Source: Candidatus Baldrarchaeota archaeon (GTDB lineage Archaea > Asgardarchaeota > Baldrarchaeia > Baldrarchaeales > DXJG01). Taken from it: 31,494 nucleotides of DNA. The stretch lies in assembly GCA_019056805.1 (NCBI GenBank), contig DXJG01000006.1, forward strand, positions 1 through 31,494. Reading direction: 5' to 3'. Of the stretch, positions 18,669-26,713 are shown in pieces; position 1 is the stretch's first letter; every line of letters begins with the position of its first letter. Below the pieces are notes generated by a model. That model did not search any database and was not told the DNA's origin. It saw nothing but the letters and a program-made list of their open reading frames with translations. The translations under genes were made by a program, and so were the position numbers.

Positions 18669-19556
18669 TTATATATCTGATCTGAGTTTAAGTATCTTTG
18701 CTATATTTGCATCCGGGTTTATTACTGGTTTTATTTTTCCATTTGGCGATGTCATCAAAGTTGTTACACCAGGGCCATGACCAGCTATAACACTAATTGT
18801 GTGAACAACAATTCCTATGGAAACTGCCCCAGTTTTATATATTCTTCCATAACTGTGGTCTGCGTTTAAAATAGCTACTAAATCTCCCAGTCTAAGGTCC
18901 TCTAAATGATATTTCTTAACATTCTTTTCGTCGAAGAACTGAATATCATAGTCACCACGATAAGTGTTATCTGCTCCAAGACCGGAACCCATAATTTCTG
19001 CTGGAACAGTATGCGTTACTGGCACCTCCAAATAATCACTTGAAGTCTTTATGTCTATTGCTTTTAGAAATTCTGGTGAAATATTCATCAACTTTATATC
19101 AGGATAATCTAAAAGCTTTAGCCCTACACCGTAAGCTTTTACTAGGATTTTGTCTCCTGGCACCAGTTTTTCAAGTACTTCCCAATCAAAGTCTACTAAA
19201 ACATGTTCTATTCCGCCATGTTTACCAACTACAACACCCTTCTCCCCTTTTGCTTCTCCTGAAATAACAACTGCTTCGTTGCCCACACATGCTAAAGTGT
19301 TTAAAGCATTGTTAAAGTACCGTCTACCGTCAACTCTTTCATAATTTGCAATAGATACACCGGGTTCAACGTGATCTGCTTCCCAATCTACTGCTGAATC
19401 ACCCACACGAACATTGTATGTAATGCCTCCAACACCTGGTCTCACAACAGGTGCGCCATTAGCTCCTACATTGTAAACTCTATCACCCTTTAAAGCGCTT
19501 AGAACTTGCCCTACAACACTAATTTTGACAAGTCTGTTCTCATTTGTTCTTAACAA
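18669..19556 (-). CDS. DUF4438-like conserved protein of unknown function
   Basis: 295 aa; GAPVVRPGVGGITYNVRVGDSAVDWEADHVEPGVSI...HGGIEHVLVDF...GSGLGADNTYRGDYDIQ...GHGPGVTTLMTSPNGKIKPV. Confidence 0.7.
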   Translation of the reverse strand: MLRTNENRLVKISVVGQVLSALKGDRVYNVGANGAPVVRPGVGGITYNVRVGDSAVDWEADHVEPGVSIANYERVDGRRYFNNALNTLACVGNEAVVISGEAKGEKGVVVGKHGGIEHVLVDFDWEVLEKLVPGDKILVKAYGVGLKLLDYPDIKLMNISPEFLKAIDIKTSSDYLEVPVTHTVPAEIMGSGLGADNTYRGDYDIQFFDEKNVKKYHLEDLRLGDLVAILNADHSYGRIYKTGAVSIGIVVHTISVIAGHGPGVTTLMTSPNGKIKPVINPDANIAKILKLRSDI

Positions 19557-19828
19557 GATTTACACCTCTTAGACATATAATGTTCACAAACATTATAAAT
19601 GGAGCACTTACTTCCGAAGACAGCTGACTTACACCAATAGATACTTAAAAACATAACAATTAGTGTAAAGTCACTTCTTTCCTCTTGGTGCTTAGAAATA
19701 ATAAACCTATTTTATGATCCCAAAAGATTGAACAGCAGAGTAATTTTAACAAGTCTCGAAAATACATAATAATCTCCATTAACACAATAACTTTTCTCAC
19801 TAAGCTAAATTTAAATTTAGGTTTGAGT

Positions 19829-20629
19829 TCAAGCTTTAAAATTATCAATTATCCTCATTAATTTATCAGTTAACTTTTCAACGTCATTCAGCCTAATATT
19901 TTCTAAAGATTCGCCTAAAAAATTCTTTTTGGTTATCTCTGCATTGTAACTTATGCTTCCAAGTACTCTCTCTTCTTCTAACTGTTCTCTAAGAATGTTC
20001 ACTGTTTCGTTGTTGACTTTATTAAGTATGAAGTAGAGTGTTTTGTTTATTTTGGATGCCAGTTTCTTGGATTTATCAGCAAGAACTATGGATTCATAGG
20101 TTGGATCTATAATTAAGAGAAGTAAGTCACATGCTTCTTCAACTGCTCTTCCAAAATGTTCAATTCCAGCATCAGTATCTATAAGAACAATTTCTTTATC
20201 TTTTAACACCAATCTTTTGAGGAATTCTCTTGCAAGTGCATTAAAAGGACATGCGCAACCAGAACCATAATCTCCTACCTTACCTATAATCAAAAGTCCC
20301 AATTTATCTTTCCAAATAGTACATTCACTTGGTAAATCGTTAAAATTGAGTAAATCAGGTATTTTCCAATCTAACTCATCTACTCCTCTGAACAAAGCGT
20401 TAGAAACTTTTTTACGACCGCCCATAAAATCAACTAAAGTTTTCACAGGTGTATTTAAACCAAGCATCCTGTAAAGAGTGGTGTTAGACTCGTCCGAGTC
20501 AATCACCAAAGTTTTAAAGCCTCTACGTACAAGACTATGAGCTAAAAGCGAAATAACAGTACTTTTACCAGAACCTCCTTTACCAAAAAATAAAACCTTA
20601 GGCAAGCAGTTCACCCTAAACCTCTTCAA
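19829..20629 (-). CDS. CooC-like P-loop ATPase (CODH/ACS maturation-factor family)
   Basis: 266 aa; deviant Walker A GKGGSGKSTVISLLAHSLVRRGFKTLVIDSDESNTTLYRMLG, CACPFNALAREFLKRL, IVLIDTDAGIEHFGRAVEEACDLLLLIIDPTYESI. Confidence 0.82.
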   Translation of the reverse strand: MKRFRVNCLPKVLFFGKGGSGKSTVISLLAHSLVRRGFKTLVIDSDESNTTLYRMLGLNTPVKTLVDFMGGRKKVSNALFRGVDELDWKIPDLLNFNDLPSECTIWKDKLGLLIIGKVGDYGSGCACPFNALAREFLKRLVLKDKEIVLIDTDAGIEHFGRAVEEACDLLLLIIDPTYESIVLADKSKKLASKINKTLYFILNKVNNETVNILREQLEEERVLGSISYNAEITKKNFLGESLENIRLNDVEKLTDKLMRIIDNFKA

Positions 20630-20814
20630 AACAAAGAAATATAAACCTATTGATCCCTAGATTTCCTTACTGTTTAATGATTTCAAATGATAAACTCATT
20701 TTTCGTATACTTCCATGAAAATACTTAATAACCAAAGCTCATAAAATGATACTGTTGGTGTTATAGAAAGATAAGTCAGGCTCTAAAGTTATCTACACAG
20801 ATTATATAGGTGAT

Positions 20815-21891
20815 GTGGTGATTCCTATGGCTAAAATTAAGGTGGGAGTTATTGGGGTTGGAAATGCTTGTTCATCATTCATCCAAGGCCTACAACTCTG
20901 TAAGGACATGGGAGAAAAGGTTGAAGGATTAATGCACTGGGATCTCGGCGGCTATACACCCATGGATATTGAAATTGTTGCAGCGTTTGATATTGATAAG
21001 AGGAAGGTAGGGAAAGATCTTTCAGAAGCAATTTTCTCACCACCAAATAACATGCTAAAACTTTGCGAAGTACCAAAACTTGATGTAATCGTTGAAAAGG
21101 GGCATCTACTTGACGAATTTAGCCCTGATATAAAAGAATTAATTCAATTCGATGAATCTCCGCCAGTAGACATCGTTGATTCTCTTAAAAGCAAAGGTGT
21201 AGAAATACTTGTTAATTTAATTCCAAGTAGCGCTGTTGAAACAACAAAATTCTATGCTGAAAAAGCTATTGAAGCAGGTTGCGGCTTCATCAACTGTGTA
21301 CCAGCGTTCATTGCTAGCAATGTTGAATGGGCTGAAAAATTTGAAAAAGCCGGGCTGCCAGTTGCTGGCGATGATCTAGAAAGTCAAGCCGGCTCAACGA
21401 TATTACATAAATGGATACTAGAGCTTTTAACTAGACGAAGCGTAAAGATACGTGAAACGTATGCATTAGATGTAGGAGGTAGCCCGGAGTCTATTCATGC
21501 TCTTGACTGGGAGAAAACATTGGCAAAAAGAATGGTTAAAACTAAAGCAATAAAATCAGCTTTACCTTACGAAGCACCTGTGGTTGCCGGATCTTCTGAC
21601 TATGTTGATTTCTTAGGAGACTTTAGGGACACTCTAATTTGGATAAGAGGAACAATTTTTGGAGGAGCACCCATAACAATCGACCTAAAAATTAAGGTTC
21701 CTGACGGTGCCAATGCTGTAAGTCCATTAATGGATGCTATAAGAGGAGTTAAAATAGCAATGGATAGAGGTATCTCTGGAGCTCTTGAAAGTGTTTCAGC
21801 ATATGCATTTAAGCATCCACCAAAACCAGCTTCTCCTAGAACTGCAGAGAAATGGATGATGGAATTCATTGATGGTAAAAGAGAAAAATAA
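20815..21891 (+). CDS. ino1: Inositol-3-phosphate (myo-inositol-1-phosphate) synthase
   Basis: 358 aa; KVGVIGVGNACSSFIQGLQLCKD, HWDLGGYTPMDIEIVAAFDIDKRKVGKDLSEAIF, PVAGDDLESQAGSTILHK, LDVGGSPESIHALDW. Probable start is ATG at 20830 (MAKIKVGVIG). Confidence 0.92.
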   Translation: MVIPMAKIKVGVIGVGNACSSFIQGLQLCKDMGEKVEGLMHWDLGGYTPMDIEIVAAFDIDKRKVGKDLSEAIFSPPNNMLKLCEVPKLDVIVEKGHLLDEFSPDIKELIQFDESPPVDIVDSLKSKGVEILVNLIPSSAVETTKFYAEKAIEAGCGFINCVPAFIASNVEWAEKFEKAGLPVAGDDLESQAGSTILHKWILELLTRRSVKIRETYALDVGGSPESIHALDWEKTLAKRMVKTKAIKSALPYEAPVVAGSSDYVDFLGDFRDTLIWIRGTIFGGAPITIDLKIKVPDGANAVSPLMDAIRGVKIAMDRGISGALESVSAYAFKHPPKPASPRTAEKWMMEFIDGKREK

Positions 21892-22063
21892 ACACATTTT
21901 ACCACAACTATATTTATTTTAACATCTCTTTCAGATACCTTATTTTTAACTCATTTTATCGAAGCTGGTGGCTATTTCATCTTGTATATTTAAATACGTG
22001 GTTCTGGCTAATATTTAATGTGAAGTAGTTATATCTAAGGGAGATATAGGAGGCTTAAGCTAT

Positions 22064-23197
22064 ATGGTTTTAGATTTAACAAGTGAACAAGAAAAATTGA
22101 AAAAAGAAGTAGCTGACTTTGTTAAAGATAAGGTAGAACCTATTGCTTCCGGATTAGATGAAAAATGTCAATTCCCTATAGAATTGTTTAAAGAAATAGG
22201 AGAAAAGGGCTGGTTTAAATTTAATGTCCCAGAAAAATATGGAGGAGAAGGGAAAAACACCACAAATCTCTTTATAGTATTTAGTGAAATAGCGAAAGGT
22301 CTTGCGTCGCTTTCAGTTAGCTTAGATACACAATACCTACTAATGGAAGCATTAAATCTCTATGGAAGCGAATATCTAAAAGAAAAATACATTCCACCCT
22401 TAGTTAAGGGAGAAATCATAGGGGCATTTGCAATAACAGAACAAACAGCTGGCTCCGATATAGGTGGAATTACTGGAACAGCTAAGAAAAATGGAAATGA
22501 ATATGTTTTGAATGGTGAAAAATGCGTTGTGGTAAGTGGAGCAGTTGCAGATGCCTTTATTGTTTTTCTAAAAACCGATCCTACAAAAGGTGCTAAAGGA
22601 TTAAGTGCTTTCATGGTAGAAAAAGATATGGATGGAGTCGTTGTAGAACCTCTTAATCCAAGTGGTTTGAGAGCATGTGGTCTCGGAAAACTTGTTTTAA
22701 ACAATGTAAGGATCCCTGTGGAAAACTTAGTTGGAAATGAAGGTGACGGAGCAAAAATAGCTTTATCCGTTCTTGATTTCGGGAGAATTGGAATAGCATC
22801 CACCGCGTATGGCATCGCTCAAGCAGCCTTCGAATCTGCGGTCAACTATGCTAAAGAAAGGAAGCAGTTTAATGTTCCCATATCTAATTTCCAAGGTCTT
22901 CGCTGGATGCTTGCAGATTTAGCTGTGGAAATTGAAGCAACCAAGCTATTAATTCTGGAAGCAGCCAAAACAAGAGATAAAGGTTTAAGATATACTAAGG
23001 AAGCTGCTATGGCTAAGCTTTACAGTAGTAAAGTTGCTGTGAAAGCGGCTTTAACTGCGATACAAATTTTCGGGCACTACGGATACTTAAAAGATAAACC
23101 TCTTGAAAGATATTTGAGAGACGCTAAAGGTTTAGAAATAGCTGAAGGAACAAGTGAAATTCAAAAACTAGTAATTGCAAGACATATCCTAGGTTAA
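22064..23197 (+). CDS. Acyl-CoA dehydrogenase
   Basis: 377 aa; AFAITEQTAGSDIGGITGTAKKNGNEYVLNGEKCVVVSGAVAD, FGRIGIASTAYGIAQAAFESAVNYAKERKQF, EIAEGTSEIQKLVIARHILG. Confidence 0.93.
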   Translation: MVLDLTSEQEKLKKEVADFVKDKVEPIASGLDEKCQFPIELFKEIGEKGWFKFNVPEKYGGEGKNTTNLFIVFSEIAKGLASLSVSLDTQYLLMEALNLYGSEYLKEKYIPPLVKGEIIGAFAITEQTAGSDIGGITGTAKKNGNEYVLNGEKCVVVSGAVADAFIVFLKTDPTKGAKGLSAFMVEKDMDGVVVEPLNPSGLRACGLGKLVLNNVRIPVENLVGNEGDGAKIALSVLDFGRIGIASTAYGIAQAAFESAVNYAKERKQFNVPISNFQGLRWMLADLAVEIEATKLLILEAAKTRDKGLRYTKEAAMAKLYSSKVAVKAALTAIQIFGHYGYLKDKPLERYLRDAKGLEIAEGTSEIQKLVIARHILG

Positions 23198-23230
23198 CCG
23201 CCCCATAGCTTTAAAACGGAGTGACAGTGC

Positions 23231-24109
23231 TTGAAGAGTTACAATAAAAGTAAAAGTAGAGGGATAATTCTTACCTTCATGGCTGCTACACTCTGGGGTA
23301 CTAGTTTTCCAGTTATAAAATGGGGTCTAACCTATATTTCAGCATATAATTTTGTTATGCTAAGATTCCTAATATCCATCTTAGTACTTGTCCCCATCGC
23401 AATAATAATTGATAGAAAAGACTTCTTTACCCATTTCAAAGAAAAATATATAATTCTTCTTGGACTTTTAAATTCACTAAGCTACTTTCTACAGTTTGTC
23501 GGGCAGCAATGGACAACAGCCACTAAAACAGCTCTACTCACAAATTCAAGCGTTATTTTCGCAGCTATATTATCTTATTTTTGGTTAAAAGAAAGGTTGA
23601 ACTACTTTAAGGCTTCAGGAATTATTATGGCATTTTTAGGTGTTTTTCTAATCGTTACAGGTGGAAGACTAGAAATTTTGCAAAGTGGCACTGTGATAGG
23701 TGATCTTTTTTGTCTCGTTTCAGGAGTATCTTGGGGATTTTATATTGTAATTTCTAAAAAGATTTCAAATCAAGAAAGCAATTCTCTTTCTTTTATTAGT
23801 GCAATGCTCATGTATACATTTCTTTTTACTTTAATTTTTTCTTTTCCTCTACTTGTTCCTGTTGATTTCAGCTTTGAAGTATATTTTGCAATTTTATATA
23901 CAAGCATCTTTTGTACAATTTTACCTTTCCTCTTATGGTATGAAGGCTTAAAAACGATTCAAGCATCTTCCTCTGCTACTTATCTCCTTTTAACAATAAT
24001 TGTAGCAGCAATTATTAGCATAACACTTCTTTCCGAATCTTTCACCTTAACATTGGTGTTTGGGGCTATTTTAATATGTGTAGGTATCTGGATAGTTGAA
24101 ACAAAATAA
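23231..24109 (+). CDS. EamA/DMT-superfamily transporter
   Basis: 292 aa; ATLWGTSFPVIKWGLTYIS, two EamA-type repeats of about five helices each; TTG start. Confidence 0.85.
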   Translation: MKSYNKSKSRGIILTFMAATLWGTSFPVIKWGLTYISAYNFVMLRFLISILVLVPIAIIIDRKDFFTHFKEKYIILLGLLNSLSYFLQFVGQQWTTATKTALLTNSSVIFAAILSYFWLKERLNYFKASGIIMAFLGVFLIVTGGRLEILQSGTVIGDLFCLVSGVSWGFYIVISKKISNQESNSLSFISAMLMYTFLFTLIFSFPLLVPVDFSFEVYFAILYTSIFCTILPFLLWYEGLKTIQASSSATYLLLTIIVAAIISITLLSESFTLTLVFGAILICVGIWIVETK

Positions 24110-24305
24110 ATATTAGCAGTGCTAATGTCATTATAGGAAATTACGCTTTGTCTGTTAAACGTTCTAAATTTTTAGGATTAAATGTGAAACTTTTGTGGAA
24201 CCTTAATAAAGGCGAAAAAATATATTTTGGAAAAATTGTTGTAATAAATGATATAACAATTATGTTCTCTACAACATCATAGCAACTAATATGGGGTAGT
24301 CCCAT

Positions 24306-25016
24306 TTGCAAAGAATTCCAAATGAAATAAAAGATTTTTTTAACATAAAAAGAAATAATATACTCTTAGTAAAAGGAAAAGCTGGTTCTGGAAAAACAAT
24401 ATTTTCTCTTGAATGCCTTATAAATCTGGCAGAAAAGGGTTGTGGATTCTATTTTTCAACAAGAGTAGACCCAGAAACTGTATTAACTCAATATCCGCAA
24501 ATAAGTGAACACGTTCCTCCGCAAAATATAATTGACGCTACTTTAACAGCAATTCCTCAAAGCTCAGATATTTACGAAGCAATCCAATATTCCACAGTCC
24601 CCGAATTTCTCCGTGAACTATATGCGAAACTAGATAAAATTAAAAACCAAGGAACTCCTGTTATCGTAATTGATTCCATAGATGCTATTTGTGAGACATT
24701 AAATATTTCTAACACGAAATTCATGCACACTTTTGCTGATTTTACACGGAAATCTGGAGCAAAAGCAATTGTGGTAACTGAGCAATCTGGAAGTACAAAA
24801 CTGGATTATTTAGCTGATGGAGTAGTTTACTTAACACATGATATGATTGAAGGCAGAATATATCGTGAAATGTACATCGAAAAACTTAGATCTGTGAAAA
24901 TAAGGAACCCAATTATTCCATTTACACTTATTGATGGAAGATTTACCCCAACACAATACGTTTTTCACACTGCAAAAGACGTTCTTAACAAAGGACAAAA
25001 ATATTTTAAAAGATAA
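24306..25016 (+). CDS. GvpD/KaiC-like RecA-superfamily P-loop ATPase
   Basis: 236 aa; Walker A GKAGSGKT, Walker B-like PVIVIDSIDA, IYFSTRV-type segment FYFSTRVDPETVLTQYPQI, IVVTEQSGSTKLDYLADGVVYL. Confidence 0.75.
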   Translation: MQRIPNEIKDFFNIKRNNILLVKGKAGSGKTIFSLECLINLAEKGCGFYFSTRVDPETVLTQYPQISEHVPPQNIIDATLTAIPQSSDIYEAIQYSTVPEFLRELYAKLDKIKNQGTPVIVIDSIDAICETLNISNTKFMHTFADFTRKSGAKAIVVTEQSGSTKLDYLADGVVYLTHDMIEGRIYREMYIEKLRSVKIRNPIIPFTLIDGRFTPTQYVFHTAKDVLNKGQKYFKR

Positions 25017-25675
25017 TTTCCAAAATTCAACTTCCACCAGGCCTATATTCAACTGGATCTCTTTCACTTGACAAAGTAATCGGTTATGTTCGTGGAGGAA
25101 ATCTTGTTTTATACGAATTAGAACCTTATGTTCCAACTATTACAATTATAGGGCTAGTGACACTTCATTCAATAGGATTCATCAGCAGAGGATGTAAAGT
25201 AATTCAAATCCCACCAAGCTACAGTCATGGTGAATTTGTATTAAAGTTCCTTAAAACAGTCTTAGGAGACAACATTAAGAATATAGAACTACTGATACCA
25301 GAAACATGTTCTATAGACAGTTTTTCGAAAAAGTTTCTCGAAAAATTGAACGAAATTAATAAAGATGGAAATTTATCCGCGATAATATTCTCTATTGATG
25401 CATTGGAAAGCGCGTTTGGAAGCGATGAAGCATTTCATATTGGAGCAAGAATCGTGGCAGAAGGAAGAAAAAATAACAATGTGATTATAGCATTTGGCCA
25501 TGAAAGTTCAAAAACAAGAGTTTTATTTAGAGATATGGCAGAAAAAGTCATAAGAATATTTTATAAACATGGTTACGTTTTTATTTACGGTGTTCGTCCA
25601 AAAACACCTATTTACAACGTCTACTATAACCCAGAATCACAATATGTTGACGTAAGCCTTCTTGAAGTAGTTTAA
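25016..25675 (+). CDS. KaiC-like paralogue lacking Walker A (pseudo-ATPase); supplied ORF starts at 25157 but the domain begins near 25013-25016
   Basis: Same-frame translation from 25016: ISKIQLPPGLYSTGSLSLDKVIGYVRGGNLVLYELEPYVPTITIIGLVTLHSIGFISRGCKVIQIPPS..., matching the KaiC N-terminal STGxxxLDxxxGGxxxxGxxxLxEG layout but with ELEPYVPTI in place of GxxGxGKT. AIIFSIDALESAFG retains a Walker B-like Asp. Confidence 0.65.
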   Translation: MSKIQLPPGLYSTGSLSLDKVIGYVRGGNLVLYELEPYVPTITIIGLVTLHSIGFISRGCKVIQIPPSYSHGEFVLKFLKTVLGDNIKNIELLIPETCSIDSFSKKFLEKLNEINKDGNLSAIIFSIDALESAFGSDEAFHIGARIVAEGRKNNNVIIAFGHESSKTRVLFRDMAEKVIRIFYKHGYVFIYGVRPKTPIYNVYYNPESQYVDVSLLEVV

Positions 25676-25720
25676 CAATTTTATCTCACATGAAAGTTAA
25701 AACAATAAAAATACCTGATA

Positions 25721-25738
25721 TTTTCGATACTTTTTTAT
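25721..25738 (+). promoter_or_regulatory. Upstream element copy 1: TTTTCGATACTTTTTTAT
   Basis: 17/18 identical to 26200-26217; lies 28 nt before the preferred start (25767) of the first membrane paralogue. Confidence 0.35.
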
Positions 25739-25766
25739 GAAAATGTCTTTTACTTTAAATATAATG

Positions 25767-26117
25767 ATGCGTATTAGATCTATTCTTAGAAGGATAGTGC
25801 TAATTGTAACAGGTACTGTTTCTCTTGCAATAATTGTATCGTTAATTATTTCAGCGATTTATAGAATGCCTTTACGTGATGCTCTTGGAATAACTTTGAT
25901 GGTGGAAGTTTTCTTATTATTTCTCCTATCTCTCGCTTTATTAACTGGAATTTCAGAGCGCATGGTTATCCATCAAGCATATACTAATCCCTTTATCCCC
26001 AAAGAAGTAAGAGAAAACATCATGAAAAAACATGGAAAAGATAGAGATACAGGAATCTTTGTATTCGTACTCGCACTAATTTTGCTCCTTATACTATTCC
26101 TATTAACACAACTTTGA
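25767..26117 (+). CDS. Three-helix membrane protein, paralogue 1 (supplied ORF begins at 25737; preferred start 25767)
   Basis: MRIRSILRRIVLIVTGTVSLAIIVSLIISAI...DALGITLMVEVFLLFLLSLALLTG...KDRDTGIFVFVLALILLLILFLLTQL; aligns from Met25767 with paralogue 2. Confidence 0.6.
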   Translation: MRIRSILRRIVLIVTGTVSLAIIVSLIISAIYRMPLRDALGITLMVEVFLLFLLSLALLTGISERMVIHQAYTNPFIPKEVRENIMKKHGKDRDTGIFVFVLALILLLILFLLTQL

Positions 26118-26199
26118 TACAATCCAGGTTCTAAGTTACGATACTCTCTCTAACAATTTTGAAATATATTGGTTGAAGGCGAAATGCTTGTTCCCCGTT

Positions 26200-26217
26200 T
26201 TTTCGATACATTTTTAT
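26200..26217 (+). promoter_or_regulatory. Upstream element copy 2: TTTTCGATACATTTTTAT
   Basis: 17/18 identical to 25721-25738; 33 nt before the ATG at 26251 of the second membrane paralogue. Confidence 0.35.
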
Positions 26218-26250
26218 TTAAAAAGAGTATTAAAACACTTGGGGAAATAT

Positions 26251-26638
26251 ATGAAAATTAAAGTCAGCCCTAAAAAAGTTGGGTTAATTGCTGGGGGAGC
26301 CATTCTCTTTACACTCTGCATAACATTGGCGATCTCAGCTATCTCACATGTATCTTTGTTAGATGCTTTTAGAAAAACTTTAGTCGGAGAAATAGTTGCG
26401 CTCTTTATTTTGGCCTACATTTCAATGGAAAAAGAACAAAAAAAATATTTACGCTCATGGATATATTTACGTTTACGGTTTTGAGCAAGCAGCCATGGGT
26501 AATCCTACCGTTACTCGTGAATTAATAAAACAAGCAAAAGAAAGATATAAACGGGAAAAACAAATTGATACAGGAATTTTCTTTGCAATATTGGCAATCG
26601 TACTACTATTCATTCTATTGTTGACAATACTGATTTAA
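26251..26638 (+). pseudogene. Three-helix membrane protein, paralogue 2; frame disrupted at A8 run (ORFs 26173-26484 and 26396-26638)
   Basis: MKIKVSPKKVGLIAGGAILFTLCITLAISAISHVSLLDAFRKTLVGEIVALFILAYISMEKEQK | NIYAHGYIYVYGFEQAAMGNPTVTRELIKQAKERYKREKQIDTGIFFAILAIVLLFILLLTILI. Joined across 26438-26445 it mirrors paralogue 1 end to end. Confidence 0.65.
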
Positions 26639-26713
26639 TAAACCTTACACTAATTTTTTACTTTTTCAACACATTTTAACAATCAGTTATGTTATAATTT
26701 GGACTTTTGTACT

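Noticed and set aside
19660-19848. 62-aa ORF downstream of the CooC-like gene
   Set aside because: Overlaps the 3' end of the CooC-like CDS and is AT-rich Lys/Leu/Ile low complexity; likely non-coding intergenic DNA.
22360-22815. 151-aa antisense ORF within the acyl-CoA dehydrogenase gene
   Set aside because: Fully nested in a clear family member on the other strand; no recognisable motif.
24831-25136. 101-aa antisense ORF over the GvpD/KaiC-like junction
   Set aside because: Opposite strand of the sense KaiC-like continuation, which carries recognisable domain sequence.
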